This document shows positions 47,556-63,371 of a stretch of 64,000 bases of DNA, one piece after another (within the stretch, counting starts at the first letter, position 1; every line of letters starts with the position of its first letter). The stretch is from assembly GCF_030013205.1 (NCBI RefSeq), contig NZ_CP122648.1. One strand, given 5' to 3'. Source of the stretch: Escherichia coli (GTDB lineage: Bacteria > Pseudomonadota > Gammaproteobacteria > Enterobacterales > Enterobacteriaceae). The translations under genes and the position numbers were made by a program. Under the pieces are notes generated by a model. That model was not told the DNA's origin, did no database searches, and was given only the letters and a program-made list of their open reading frames with translations.

Positions 47556-49745
47556 ATGCTTTACAAAGGCGACACCCTGTACCTTGACTGGCTGGAAGAT
47601 GGCATTGCCGAACTGGTATTTGATGCCCCAGGTTCAGTTAATAAACTCGACACTGCCACCGTCGCCAGCCTCGGCGAGGCCATCGGCGTGCTGGAACAGC
47701 AATCAGATCTAAAAGGGCTGCTGCTGCGTTCGAACAAAGCAGCCTTTATCGTCGGTGCTGATATCACCGAATTTTTGTCCCTGTTCCTCGTTCCTGAAGA
47801 ACAGTTAAGCCAGTGGCTACATTTTGCCAATAGCGTGTTTAATCGCCTGGAAGATCTGCCGGTGCCGACCATTGCTGCCGTCAACGGCTATGCGCTGGGC
47901 GGTGGCTGCGAATGCGTGCTGGCGACCGATTATCGTCTGGCGACGCCGGATCTGCGCATCGGTCTGCCGGAAACCAAACTGGGCATCATGCCGGGCTTTG
48001 GCGGTTCTGTACGTATGCCACGTATGCTGGGCGCTGACAGTGCGCTGGAAATCATTGCCGCCGGTAAAGATGTCGGCGCGGATCAAGCGCTGAAAATCGG
48101 TCTGGTGGATGGCGTAGTCAAAGCAGAAAAACTGATTGAAGGGGCGATGGCGATTTTACGCCAGGCCATTAACGGCGACCTCGACTGGAAAGCGAAACGT
48201 CAGCCGAAGCTGGAACCGCTAAAACTGAGCAAGATTGAAGCCACCATGAGCTTCACCATCGCTAAAGGGATGGTCGCGCAAACGGCGGGGAAACATTATC
48301 CGGCCCCCATCACCGCAGTAAAAACCATTGAAGCGGCGGCCCGTTTTGGTCGTGAAGAAGCATTAAATCTGGAAAACAAAAGCTTTGTCCCGCTGGCGCA
48401 CACCAACGAAGCCCGCGCACTGGTCGGCATTTTCCTTAACGATCAATATGTAAAAGGCAAAGCGAAGAAACTCACCAAAGACGTTGAAACACCGAAACGG
48501 GCCGCTGTGCTGGGCGCAGGCATTATGGGCGGCGGCATCGCTTACCAGTCTGCGTGGAAAGGCGTGCCGGTTGTCATGAAAGATATCAACGACAAGTCGT
48601 TAACCCTCGGCATGACCGAAGCCGCGAAACTGCTGAACAAGCAGCTTGAGCGCGGCAAGATCGATGGTCTGAAACTGGCTGGCGTGATCTCCACGATCCA
48701 CCCAACGCTCGATTACTCTGGTTTTGACCGCGTAGATGTTGTGGTAGAAGCGGTTGTCGAAAACCCGAAAGTGAAAAAAGCCGTACTGGCAGAAACCGAA
48801 CAAAAAGTACGCCCGAATACCGTGCTTGCGTCTAACACTTCAACCATTCCTATCAGCGAACTGGCCAACGCGCTGGAGCGTCCGGAAAACTTCTGCGGGA
48901 TGCACTTCTTTAACCCGGTCCACCGAATGCCGTTGGTGGAAATTATTCGCGGCGAGAAAAGCTCCGACGAAACCATCGCGAAAGTTGTCGCCTGGGCGAG
49001 CAAGATGGGCAAAACGCCGATTGTGGTTAACGACTGCCCCGGATTCTTCGTTAACCGCGTGCTGTTCCCCTACTTCGCGGGTTTCAGCCAGCTGCTGCGC
49101 GACGGCGCGGATTTCCGCAAGATCGATAAAGTGATGGAAAAACAGTTTGGCTGGCCGATGGGGCCGGCATATCTGCTGGACGTTGTGGGGATTGATACCG
49201 CGCATCACGCTCAGGCGGTGATGGCAGCAGGCTTCCCGCAGCGGATGCAGAAAGATTACCGCGATGCCATCGACGCGCTGTTTGATGCCAACCGCTTTGG
49301 TCAGAAGAACGGCCTCGGTTTCTGGCGTTATAAAGAAGACAGTAAAGGCAAGCCGAAGAAAGAAGAAGATGCCGTCGTTGACGACCTGCTGGCAGAAGTG
49401 AGCCAGCCGAAGCGCGATTTCAGCGAAGAAGAGATTATCGCCCGCATGATGATCCCGATGGTCAACGAAGTGGTGCGCTGTCTGGAAGAAGGCATTATCG
49501 CCACTCCGGCAGAAGCGGATATGGCGCTGGTCTACGGCCTGGGCTTCCCTCCGTTCCACGGTGGTGCGTTCCGCTGGCTGGACACCCTCGGTAGCGCAAA
49601 ATACCTCGATATGGCACAGCAATATCAGCACCTCGGCCCGCTGTATGAAGTGCCGGAAGGTCTGCGTAATAAAGCGCGTCATAACGAACCGTACTATCCC
49701 CCGGTTGAGCCAGCCCGTCCGGTTGGCGACCTGAAAACGGCTTAA
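47556..49745 (+). CDS. fadB: Fatty acid oxidation complex alpha subunit (enoyl-CoA hydratase / 3-hydroxyacyl-CoA dehydrogenase)
   Basis: ORF 47430..49745 trimmed to [23 protein letters not shown] (RBS aggag 7 nt upstream); 729 aa. Confidence 0.95.
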   Translation: MLYKGDTLYLDWLEDGIAELVFDAPGSVNKLDTATVASLGEAIGVLEQQSDLKGLLLRSNKAAFIVGADITEFLSLFLVPEEQLSQWLHFANSVFNRLEDLPVPTIAAVNGYALGGGCECVLATDYRLATPDLRIGLPETKLGIMPGFGGSVRMPRMLGADSALEIIAAGKDVGADQALKIGLVDGVVKAEKLIEGAMAILRQAINGDLDWKAKRQPKLEPLKLSKIEATMSFTIAKGMVAQTAGKHYPAPITAVKTIEAAARFGREEALNLENKSFVPLAHTNEARALVGIFLNDQYVKGKAKKLTKDVETPKRAAVLGAGIMGGGIAYQSAWKGVPVVMKDINDKSLTLGMTEAAKLLNKQLERGKIDGLKLAGVISTIHPTLDYSGFDRVDVVVEAVVENPKVKKAVLAETEQKVRPNTVLASNTSTIPISELANALERPENFCGMHFFNPVHRMPLVEIIRGEKSSDETIAKVVAWASKMGKTPIVVNDCPGFFVNRVLFPYFAGFSQLLRDGADFRKIDKVMEKQFGWPMGPAYLLDVVGIDTAHHAQAVMAAGFPQRMQKDYRDAIDALFDANRFGQKNGLGFWRYKEDSKGKPKKEEDAVVDDLLAEVSQPKRDFSEEEIIARMMIPMVNEVVRCLEEGIIATPAEADMALVYGLGFPPFHGGAFRWLDTLGSAKYLDMAQQYQHLGPLYEVPEGLRNKARHNEPYYPPVEPARPVGDLKTA

Positions 49746-50918
<1,173 letters not shown>

Positions 50919-50924
50919 CCACTT

Positions 50925-51035
50925 GCCGAATGCGGCGTGAACGCCTTATCCGGTCTACCGATCCGGCACCAATGTAGGCCTGATAAGACGCGCCAGCGTC
51001 GCATCAGGCATCGTGTGCCGAATGCCGGATGCGAC
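50925..51035. repeat. BIME cluster (three REP units)
   Basis: gccgaatgcggcgtgaacgccttatccggtctac, gtaggcctgataagacgcgccagcgtcgcatcaggc, gccgaatgccggatgcgac. Confidence 0.7.
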
Positions 51036-51078
51036 ATAGATCTAAATGCCACTGTATAAAGTTTTAGTTGCCGTTCTT

Positions 51079-51103
51079 CCCGCCTGTCAGGGGCGGGTTT
51101 TTT
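51079..51103 (+). terminator. Intrinsic terminator downstream of fadBA
   Basis: cccgcc-tgtcag-gggcggg followed by tttttt. Confidence 0.6.
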
Positions 51104-51108
51104 ATATC

Positions 51109-51810
51109 TCAGATAAATGCAAACGCATCGCCAAACAGGCGATCTTCCCGCGCATTACGCTCACTGCAAAACAGGTCACGGGCAATTTTCGCCATCTCAA
51201 AACGTCCGGCAATATAGATATCATGCTCTGCCAGCGTACCATGATCCTGCAATACCGCCGTTAACACGGTGCCAGTACGCCCACGCCAGCCCGCTTCCGG
51301 TTGTTCAACCACCGGCACCACTTGCAAACCTGGATGCTTAAGCGAAAGCGCCTCAAGCTCGGAGAGATCATAAAGATGCTGCTCTTCACGCCCGCCCCAG
51401 TAAATGGTGATATCACGGTTTGGGTTACGCGCCAGCGCCGTCAGCAAAATCGAGCGCGCATAAGAGAACCCGGTGCCGCCCGCGATGAGAATCATTGGAC
51501 GTTCTTCATCATCGCGCAGCCATGCCTCACCGTGCGGAATATCGACCACGATTTGATGATCTTTAAGAATGCGGTCCATGACTGCTTTCGCGTAAAGGTT
51601 GATTTCAGAAGCGCCAATATGCAGCTCGATAAACCCTTTTTCATCCGGCGTCGAGGCCATTGAGAACGGACGTTTGTCGCGCTCATCCATCACTACCATC
51701 AAATACTGACCAGCACGAAAAGAAAAGGCCGCGTCTGGCACGATGCGGACACGATATACGGTATCCGTGATAGCTTCTACCGAGGTCACTTTACAGCTTA
51801 AGGTTGTCAT
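51109..51810 (-). CDS. fre: NAD(P)H-flavin reductase
   Basis: ORF 51109..51843 trimmed to [23 protein letters not shown]; 233 aa. Confidence 0.93.
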   Translation of the reverse strand: MTTLSCKVTSVEAITDTVYRVRIVPDAAFSFRAGQYLMVVMDERDKRPFSMASTPDEKGFIELHIGASEINLYAKAVMDRILKDHQIVVDIPHGEAWLRDDEERPMILIAGGTGFSYARSILLTALARNPNRDITIYWGGREEQHLYDLSELEALSLKHPGLQVVPVVEQPEAGWRGRTGTVLTAVLQDHGTLAEHDIYIAGRFEMAKIARDLFCSERNAREDRLFGDAFAFI

Positions 51811-51855
51811 GCGCTTTCTCTGTCGGATCGATAAATAGGGCAAAACAAACGCGCA

Positions 51856-53349
51856 TCAGGCGCTTTTACCGTTGTTAAAAATAGCCAGTTCATCCCAGAT
51901 GGCGTCAATATGCGCGACAACATCTGGATCTTTTTTGATGGGACGTCCCCATTCACGCTGGGTTTCCCCCGGCCATTTATTCGTGGCATCCAGCCCCATT
52001 TTTGAACCCAGCCCGGAGACAGGCGAGGCAAAATCCAGATAATCAATAGGCGTATTTTCTACCAGAACAGTATCCCGCGCCGGGTCCATACGGGTAGTAA
52101 TCGCCCAAATCACATCGTTCCAGTCGCGTGCGTTGACGTCATCATCGCAAACGATCACAAACTTAGTGTACATAAACTGGCGTAAGAACGACCAGACGCC
52201 CATCATGACGCGCTTCGCGTGTCCGGCGTACTGTTTTTTGATCGTCACTACCGCCAGACGATAAGAACAGCCTTCCGGCGGCAGGTAAAAATCGACAATT
52301 TCCGGGAACTGTTTTTGCAGAATCGGCACAAACACTTCGTTCAACGCCACGCCCAGTACCGCAGGCTCATCAGGCGGACGCCCGGTATAGGTGGAATGGT
52401 AAATCGCATCTTCACGCTGGGTAATATGCGTCACGGTGAATACCGGGAAACTATCAACTTCGTTATAGTAACCGGTGTGGTCGCCATACGGCCCTTCCGG
52501 CGCAGTTTCGCCTTGTTCGATATACCCTTCCAGCACAATCTCCGCACTGGCGGGCACTTCGAGATCATTGGAAATACACTTTACTACTTCGGTTTTGGTG
52601 CCGCGTAGCAATCCGGCAAACGCATACTCTGAAAGCGTATCCGGAACGGGGGTGACTGCACCGAGAATCGTGGCGGGATCGGCACCCAGCGCCACAGAAA
52701 CCGGGAAACGTTCGCCCGGATGCGCCACACACCACTCCTGATAATCCAGCGCGCCGCCGCGATGCGACAGCCAGCGCATAATCAGTTTGTTTTTACCAAT
52801 CAGCTGCTGGCGATAAATGCCCAGATTCTGCCGCTCTTTATGCGGGCCGCGCGTCACTGTCAGCCCCCAGGTAATCAGCGGCGCGGCATCTTCCGGCCAG
52901 CAGGTCATAATGGGGATACGGTGAAGATCGACGTCATCGCCGGAGATAATTTTTTGCTGACACGGCGCACCACGCAGTCGCTTTGTCGGCATGTTCAATA
53001 CTTGCTTGAACTGCGGCAGTTTATCAAACAGGTCGCGGAAACCTTTTGGCGGCTCCGGCTCTTTCAGAAACGCCAATAATTTACCAACTTCACGCAGCGC
53101 CGAAACATCTTCCTGCCCCATGCCCATCGCCACGCGCTTTGGCGTACCGAACAGGTTGCACAGCACCGGCATTGAGTAGCCTTTAGGGTTTTCGAACAAC
53201 AGCGCAGGCCCACCGGCACGCAAAGTGCGGTCAGCAATTTCAGTGATTTCCAGATGCGGATCCACCGGGAGCGTGATACGTTTTAGCTCACCCTGCTGTT
53301 CAAGCAGCGTCAGGAAGTCGCGTAAATCGTTATATTTCATGGCGTCCAT
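51856..53349 (-). CDS. ubiD: 3-octaprenyl-4-hydroxybenzoate decarboxylase
   Basis: 497-aa [28 protein letters not shown].... Confidence 0.95.
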   Translation of the reverse strand: MDAMKYNDLRDFLTLLEQQGELKRITLPVDPHLEITEIADRTLRAGGPALLFENPKGYSMPVLCNLFGTPKRVAMGMGQEDVSALREVGKLLAFLKEPEPPKGFRDLFDKLPQFKQVLNMPTKRLRGAPCQQKIISGDDVDLHRIPIMTCWPEDAAPLITWGLTVTRGPHKERQNLGIYRQQLIGKNKLIMRWLSHRGGALDYQEWCVAHPGERFPVSVALGADPATILGAVTPVPDTLSEYAFAGLLRGTKTEVVKCISNDLEVPASAEIVLEGYIEQGETAPEGPYGDHTGYYNEVDSFPVFTVTHITQREDAIYHSTYTGRPPDEPAVLGVALNEVFVPILQKQFPEIVDFYLPPEGCSYRLAVVTIKKQYAGHAKRVMMGVWSFLRQFMYTKFVIVCDDDVNARDWNDVIWAITTRMDPARDTVLVENTPIDYLDFASPVSGLGSKMGLDATNKWPGETQREWGRPIKKDPDVVAHIDAIWDELAIFNNGKSA

Positions 53350-53470
53350 TGTAGCCTCTTAATCTGCGCCCATTATACGGCGTTCATCTTTGCGATGCTG
53401 TAAATTTGTTAAATTAGCGTGAACTCTGACGGTATAACGCAAACCGGGGAATATAATTAACTTAGCGTAA

Positions 53471-54783
<1,313 letters not shown>

Positions 54784-54824
54784 CCTGTACTCCATATGAC
54801 AACCGCCCTGACGGGCGGTTGAAT

Positions 54825-55601
54825 TTATTCTTCAGTTTTTTCGCTTTCTGCTTCAGCGTCGTTTTCCTCTTCCCGATTTCGCCCTTTACCAACGTAAAAG
54901 CGTGAGAAGAAGACACCGATTTCAAACAGGCAATACATCGGGATCGCCAGCAGCGTTTGCGAGAAGACATCCGGCGGCGTCAGCAGCATCCCGACAACAA
55001 ATGCGCCAACCAGCACATACGGACGTTTTTTGCGTAAGTCTTCTGGCGAGGTAATTCCCATCCAGCACAGCAGCACTATTGCCACAGGCACTTCAAAGGA
55101 GACACCAAACGCCATAAACAGCGCCATAACGAAGCTTAAATAGCTCGCGATGTCGGTGGATACCTGTACCCCTTCCGGCGCGGTATTGGCAAGGAAGCCA
55201 AATGCCAGCGGAAAGACCACAAAGTAGGCGAACGCCATGCCGATATAAAACAACAGAGAGCTGGAAACCAGCAGCGGCACCACCAGGCGACGTTCATGCT
55301 TATACAGCGCTGGGGCGATAAACGCCCACACCTGATAGAGAATCACCGGCGCTGACAGAATCAGCGACACCATAAAGGTCAGCTTGATCGGCGTAAAGAA
55401 CGGCGAGGCCACGTCGGTGGCGATCATCGTTGAACCTTGCGGCAACTGCTTGATCAATGGCGCGGATACCAGGTGATAGATGTCATTGGCGAAATAGACC
55501 AGACACAGGAATATCACGATCACCGCGATAATGCAGTTCAGCAGACGCTTACGCAGCTCAATCAGATGCGTGATAAGCGGTTGAGTATCTTCTACAGACA
55601 T
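54825..55601 (-). CDS. tatC: Twin-arginine translocase subunit TatC
   Basis: 258-aa polytopic [24 protein letters not shown].... Confidence 0.95.
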
Positions 55602-55603
55602 GT

Positions 55604-56119
55604 TTACGGTTTATCACTCGACGAAGGGGAAGGTGCAGCGGTTTTCGGTTCAGCGTCCGCAGCAGGTTTTACCACCGGCTCTGGCGTGGTTTCTGGCTTC
55701 TGTTCCGGCGAACTGGCCTGCGTTTGTGCAGCAGCAGGCGTTACGCCTTCATGCGCAGTTTCATTGTCTTTCACCACCGGGTTGTGGATGGTGTGCGCTT
55801 CATCGCTCGCCTTTTCAGGATCGTTTGCAACGTAGGAACGCTTCATCGACTCCGCGGCCTGGCGTAGTTCATCCATCGACGCTTTCAGTTCGGGCGTCAG
55901 GTTAGTGAGGCTCGCCTTTTCAACCTTTTTCAGACTGTCCTGAAACTCCTGGAGTTTTAACTCCTGGGTCAGTTCGTTCTGCACCGTTGTCGCCAGTGAA
56001 CGCAACGCGCGAATCCAGCCCGCGACCGTTTTTACCGCCACAGGCAGTCGTTGCGGCCCCAGAACGACGAGGCCGATGATGAACACCAATAGCAGTTCGC
56101 TAAAACCGATATCAAACAC
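55604..56119 (-). CDS. tatB: Twin-arginine translocase subunit TatB
   Basis: 171-aa [29 protein letters not shown].... Confidence 0.95.
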
Positions 56120-56122
56120 GGA

Positions 56123-56392
56123 TTACACCTGCTCTTTATCGTGGCGCTTCGCGTCTTCTGTTTTAGCCTGTTCCTGATTCGTATCCGCCTGCTTATCGGC
56201 GATAGTTTTCGCAGTAAAATCAGCATCCTGACTGGTTTTATCCTGCTTTGGTTCATCATCGCTCATTGCTTTTTTAAAGCCTTTGATCGACGCACCAAGA
56301 TCGGAACCGATGGAGCCGAGCTTTTTGGTGCCAAAAAGCAGTACAACGATGACGGCAATAATCAATAACTGCCAAATACTGATACCACCCAT
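56123..56392 (-). CDS. tatA: Twin-arginine translocase subunit TatA
   Basis: ORF 56123..56434 trimmed to [25 protein letters not shown]; 89 aa. Confidence 0.93.
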   Translation of the reverse strand: MGGISIWQLLIIAVIVVLLFGTKKLGSIGSDLGASIKGFKKAMSDDEPKQDKTSQDADFTAKTIADKQADTNQEQAKTEDAKRHDKEQV

Positions 56393-56470
56393 ACATGTTC
56401 CTCTGTGGTAGATGATGATTAAACAAGACCGCATTATACGTTACACGGCCCGCCTTGAGCGATGAAAAAA

Positions 56471-58713
<2,243 letters not shown>

Positions 58714-58726
58714 TTCCGGTCTCCTG

Positions 58727-59482
58727 TCAGAACTTATAACCACGATGCAACGCCACAACCCCTGCCGTCAGATTGTAGTAGTCGACACTTTCGAATCCGG
58801 CATCCTGCATCATGGCTTTCAGGGTATCCTGATCGGGATGCATACGGATGGATTCTGCCAGATAACGATAGCTGTCGGCGTCGTTCGCGACCAGTGAGCC
58901 AATACGCGGCAGCACATGGAAGGAGTATGCATCATAGGCTTTGCTCAGCGGCTCGATAATCGGCTTCGAGAACTCAAGCACCAGCAGGCGGCCGCCGGGT
59001 TTCAGCACGCGATACATTGAACGCAGTGCTTTATCTTTGTCGGTGACGTTACGCAGACCAAACGAAATGGTGATGCAATCAAAGGTGTTATCCGGGAACG
59101 GCAGCGCCTCAGCGTTCGCTTGAACATACTCAACGTTGCCAATCACACCGATATTACGCAGCTTCTCGCGTCCCATTTTGAGCATGGATTCATTGATATC
59201 AGCAAGGACCACTTTGCCAGTTTCTCCGACCAGGCGGGAGAATTTCGCTGTCAGGTCGCCGGTGCCACCAGCCAGATCCAGCACGGTCTGCCCGCGGCGT
59301 ACGCCGCTGCAATCAATCGTGAATCGCTTCCACAAACGATGAATACCGAATGACATCAAATCATTCATGACATCGTATTTTGATGCCACGGAATGGAAAA
59401 CGTGAGCGACCATATCCGCTTTTTGTTCCTTCGCGACGGTCTGAAAACCAAAGTGCGTCGTTTCTTGTGACTTATCCACCAT
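58727..59482 (-). CDS. ubiE: Ubiquinone/menaquinone C-methyltransferase
   Basis: 251-aa ORF; SAM-binding motif [10 protein letters not shown]. Confidence 0.95.
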
Positions 59483-59576
59483 CTCAATGCCTGCTCATCA
59501 AAAAATTGTTCCAGAAGTGTAACAGATTGGGCGTCGATGCCCTAGATTTCTACCCGGCTTAACTACCCCCAATGGG

Positions 59577-61004
59577 CTAGCGCGACTGCTGATTATATTC
59601 ATCATCGCGTTGATAAGCTTCATCATTCGGCTGCTCCGGAACCGACCGCAGTCGATACTCTTCATCCTGGCTCACCGCCTGTTCAGCCAAATCCGGATTA
59701 ATCTCGCGTTTAATTTCTACCCCTAAACCGCGAAACGCTTCTGCCTGCGCCAGCACATTTCCGCGACCTGAAGAGAGTTTTTTCATTGCCTGGCGGTAGT
59801 TATCCTGCGCTTTGTCGAGACTTTGACCAATCGCGGACATGTCATCGATGAACAAACGCATCTTGTCGTACAGCTTGCTGGCACGATCGGCGATTTGCTG
59901 GGCGTTGCGGCTTTGATGCTCATAACGCCACAGGTTGGCGATAGTGCGCAGCGCCACCAGCAGCGTAGTCGGGCTAACCAGCATGATATTGTTTTTCAAC
60001 GCTTCGGTGATCAGCTCCGGCTGGCGGTCAAGCGCCAGTAAAAAAGCGGGTTCAACGGGAATAAACATCAGCACGTAATCCAGGGTTCGCAGCCCCGGCA
60101 GCTGTTGATAATCTTTGCGTCCCAGCAAACGGATATGGTTACGCACCGACGCGATATGTTCCTGTAGCGCGCTTTCGCGGGTGTAGTCATCTTCGGCGTT
60201 GAAATAGCGTTCATAGGCGACCAGCGTCATTTTGGCGTCGATCACCACATCTTTTCCCTGCGGCAACCGCACGATGACATCCGGCTGCATCCGCGAGCGG
60301 GCGTCATTTTCGATGCTGACCTGGGTTTCATATTCATACCCTTCACGCAGACCGGAAGCCTCCAGCACCCGCGTCAATACTACCTCGCCCCAGTTGCCCT
60401 GGGTTTTATTGTCGCCTTTCAGCGCGCGCGTCAGGTTGATCGCTTCCTGGGCCATTTGCGCGTTGAGCTGCTGGAGATTGCGAATTTCGTGGGTCAGGGT
60501 ATGGCGTTCTTGTGCTTCTTTACCAAAGCTGTCCTGAACCTGACGGCGGAAACCGTCCAGTTGTTCACGTAGCGGCGACAACAGGCTGTTCAGACTCTGA
60601 CGGTTTTGCTCATCAACCCGGCGATTGCTGTGCTCAAAAATACGGTTGGCGAGGTTTTCAAACTGCTCACTGAGGCGCTGCTCGCTGTTAATCATCTGGC
60701 GAATTTTATCGTCAGCATGTTGCTGTGCGGCTTCCATCCGCGTGGTTACTTCACGCAGATCGGCCTCCAGAGAGGTGTTAATACTTTGCAGGCTGCGCAC
60801 TTCGTTATTGAGTAACTCGCACTCAGCGCGCCAGTGCTCGCTTTGGGTAATTTGTTGTTTTGCCGCGCTTAACTCCGCGACCATCTCTTCACGTTCAGCT
60901 AATTGCTCGGCTTTTTGCTGCGCATGTTGATAACTGGCAAACAGCCAGCCAATTGCCACACCCACCAACGCAATAACTGCGTAAACCATGATTGAGAAAT
61001 CCAC
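59577..61004 (-). CDS. rmuC: DNA recombination protein RmuC
   Basis: 475-aa ORF with N-terminal TM segment and long coiled-coil region. Confidence 0.9.
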   Translation of the reverse strand: MDFSIMVYAVIALVGVAIGWLFASYQHAQQKAEQLAEREEMVAELSAAKQQITQSEHWRAECELLNNEVRSLQSINTSLEADLREVTTRMEAAQQHADDKIRQMINSEQRLSEQFENLANRIFEHSNRRVDEQNRQSLNSLLSPLREQLDGFRRQVQDSFGKEAQERHTLTHEIRNLQQLNAQMAQEAINLTRALKGDNKTQGNWGEVVLTRVLEASGLREGYEYETQVSIENDARSRMQPDVIVRLPQGKDVVIDAKMTLVAYERYFNAEDDYTRESALQEHIASVRNHIRLLGRKDYQQLPGLRTLDYVLMFIPVEPAFLLALDRQPELITEALKNNIMLVSPTTLLVALRTIANLWRYEHQSRNAQQIADRASKLYDKMRLFIDDMSAIGQSLDKAQDNYRQAMKKLSSGRGNVLAQAEAFRGLGVEIKREINPDLAEQAVSQDEEYRLRSVPEQPNDEAYQRDDEYNQQSR

Positions 61005-61106
61005 AACGCCTCCTGACGCAACAACTTACCCGCACAAAATAGAATTGTGCTGTACAAACGTCCAGTTGGAAAGGCATTTCCTGCGAGGCGCTACGCAAAA
61101 ATACAA

Positions 61107-61127
61107 AAGGCCGAACGCGTCGGCCTT
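61107..61127 (-). terminator. Intrinsic terminator of udp
   Basis: Minus-strand hairpin aaggccga-cgcgt-tcggcctt followed by T-rich sequence, 3' of the udp stop. Confidence 0.5.
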
Positions 61128-61144
61128 CAGACAGGAGAAGAGGA

Positions 61145-61906
61145 TTACAGCAGACGACGCGCCGCTTCCACCACGATTTTCACCGCTTGGCTTTCAGTTT
61201 GTTTCATCGTCTCAGCATTCGGGATCTCTTGCTGGGTGCGGTTAACGATAACGCCCGCCACCATACCCGCACGCAGGCCCTGACTTGCACACATGGTCAG
61301 CAGGGTTGCAGATTCCATTTCATAGTTCATTACGCCCATCGCCTGCCACTCTTCCATAGAACCTTTAAAGTGACGAACTACGCGACCAGAGTAAGTATCG
61401 TAACGTTCCTGACCTGGGTAGAAGGTATCAGAAGAAGCCGTCACGCCAACGTGAGTCGTCGCGCCAATGGATTTCGCCGCTTCAACCAGAGCAGTCGTAC
61501 ATTCGAAATCAGCGACAGCCGGGAATTCCAGCGGTGCGAAGTGCAAGCTCGCGCCATCCAGACGAACAGACGCCGTGGTAACCAGAACATCGCCAACATT
61601 AATATGCGGCTGAATAGCGCCCGTTGTACCGATACGCAGGAAGGTGCGAATGCCCAGCTGTGCCAGCTCTTCAACAGCAATAGAGGTAGACGGGCCGCCG
61701 ATACCGGTAGAGCAGACGATAACAGGTTTACCATCCAGCTCTGCACGCCAGGTGGTGAATTCGCGGTGAGATGCCAGCTTAACCGGCTTATCCATCAGCG
61801 CGGCGATCTTTTCCACACGATCCGGGTCGCCAGGGACGATGGCAAGCGTAGCCCCTTGTAAATCGTTTTTAGTGAGGCCGAGATGAAAAACATCAGACTT
61901 GGACAT
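61145..61906 (-). CDS. udp: Uridine phosphorylase
   Basis: ORF 61145..61912 trimmed to [31 protein letters not shown]; 253 aa. Confidence 0.95.
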   Translation of the reverse strand: MSKSDVFHLGLTKNDLQGATLAIVPGDPDRVEKIAALMDKPVKLASHREFTTWRAELDGKPVIVCSTGIGGPSTSIAVEELAQLGIRTFLRIGTTGAIQPHINVGDVLVTTASVRLDGASLHFAPLEFPAVADFECTTALVEAAKSIGATTHVGVTASSDTFYPGQERYDTYSGRVVRHFKGSMEEWQAMGVMNYEMESATLLTMCASQGLRAGMVAGVIVNRTQQEIPNAETMKQTESQAVKIVVEAARRLL

Positions 61907-61978
61907 ATACAACTCCTCTGTGAATCGGTTTAGTCAGAAGAAGCAAAAAGACACTTTACCGAAGGGTTTAACATTTTT

Positions 61979-62047
61979 TCGTGATGCTCATCACCATGAC
62001 GCAAATGCGTTGCATAAATTTACCCATCAAAAGTGATGCAAATCACA
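61979..62047 (-). promoter_or_regulatory. udp promoter region with tandem CRP sites (CytR-type architecture)
   Basis: Two CRP-like dyads, tcGTGATgctcaTCACc (61979-61996) and aaGTGATgcaaaTCACAt (62031-62047), centres about 52 bp apart, matching the known -41.5/-93.5 arrangement of the udp promoter. Confidence 0.55.
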
Positions 62048-62167
62048 TAAATCACTCTTCATTCTGCAGGACTGCATAAAAGATGAGCCGATTCAGGCAA
62101 TGTGATTTGTTGCATGCTGACTATAGTTAACATTGCGCAACATTTTTATAAGGGTACGGAGAATACC

Positions 62168-62980
62168 ATGGCAACAACACAACAATCTGGATTTGCACCT
62201 GTTGCATCGCCTCTCGCTTCGACCATCGTTCAGACCCCGGACGACGCGATTGCGGCGGGCTTCACCTCTATCCCCTCACAAGGGGATAACATGCCTGCTT
62301 ACCATGCCAGACCAAAGCAGAGCGATGGCCCACTGCCAGTGGTCATTGTAGTGCAGGAAATTTTTGGCGTGCATGAACATATCCGCGACATTTGTCGCCG
62401 TCTGGCGCTGGAGGGGTATCTGGCTATCGCACCTGAACTTTACTTCCGCGAAGGCGATCCGAATGATTTTGCCGATATCCCCACGTTGCTTAGCGGTCTG
62501 GTAGCAAAAGTGCCTGACTCGCAGGTGCTGGCCGATCTCGATCATGTCGCCAGTTGGGCTTCCCGCAACGGCGGCGATGTTCATCGTTTAATGATCACCG
62601 GATTCTGCTGGGGTGGACGTATCACCTGGCTGTATGCTGCGCATAACCCGCAACTGAAAGCGGCGGTGGCATGGTACGGCAAACTGACGGGCGATAAGTC
62701 GCTGAATTCACCGAAACAACCTGTTGATATCGCAACCGATCTTAACGCGCCGGTTCTCGGCTTATATGGCGGTCAGGATAACAGCATTCCGCAGGAGAGC
62801 GTTGAAACCATGCGCCAGGCGCTGCGGGCTGCTAATGCGAAAGCAGAGATTATCGTCTACCCGGATGCCGGGCATGCATTCAACGCCGATTATCGCCCGA
62901 GCTATCATGCCGAATCTGCGAAAGATGGCTGGCAGCGAATGCTGGAGTGGTTTAAGCAGTATGGAGGGAAGCGGAGTTAG
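62168..62980 (+). CDS. ysgA: Dienelactone hydrolase-family protein (carboxymethylenebutenolidase homologue)
   Basis: ORF 62102..62980 trimmed to MATTQQSGFAPVASPLAS (RBS ggag upstream); alpha/beta hydrolase with nucleophile elbow GFCWGG; 271 aa. Confidence 0.9.
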   Translation: MATTQQSGFAPVASPLASTIVQTPDDAIAAGFTSIPSQGDNMPAYHARPKQSDGPLPVVIVVQEIFGVHEHIRDICRRLALEGYLAIAPELYFREGDPNDFADIPTLLSGLVAKVPDSQVLADLDHVASWASRNGGDVHRLMITGFCWGGRITWLYAAHNPQLKAAVAWYGKLTGDKSLNSPKQPVDIATDLNAPVLGLYGGQDNSIPQESVETMRQALRAANAKAEIIVYPDAGHAFNADYRPSYHAESAKDGWQRMLEWFKQYGGKRS

Positions 62981-63371
62981 TTTCCTCTTAGTCTATATTT
63001 GAGATGGTGAGTGAACGAGTGCGTTTTGCTGCCATCTCTGTCCCCCAAAAAATAATCAGTATGAATTGATTGGAGAGCACGACTCCGCTATTTGACCTTA
63101 AGAAAGTCGGCAAGTAATAGTCATAAGTGAGTCTCTTCACTGGCAGACACCTTAGAGATTTACCATCAACTCCCATTCTCAAACAAACATTAATTATTAT
63201 CAACACATTCACATTAATTATAAATTATCTCAGACCTTCCTGATAAAAAGATATTAAAGTGAAACATTTTGTTTTTCACATTTTAGTTCATCCCTTTTAG
63301 GCGTAAATAAAGGTAAAAAATAACAATACTATTTTTCTTTCACAAAAGAATTAACAAAAGGTTTTTCAAGG

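Noticed and set aside
62101-62120. Possible third CRP site (TGTGAtttgttGCATG) in the udp-ysgA spacer
   Set aside because: Only one half-site matches the consensus; the two better dyads at 61979-62047 already account for the known promoter architecture.
62988-63212. 74-aa minus-strand ORF in the AT-rich spacer after ysgA
   Set aside because: Low-complexity Ile/Leu/Asn-rich translation in about 30% GC DNA, no RBS; consistent with a chance ORF. Not the missing metE 3' end (metE ends differently).
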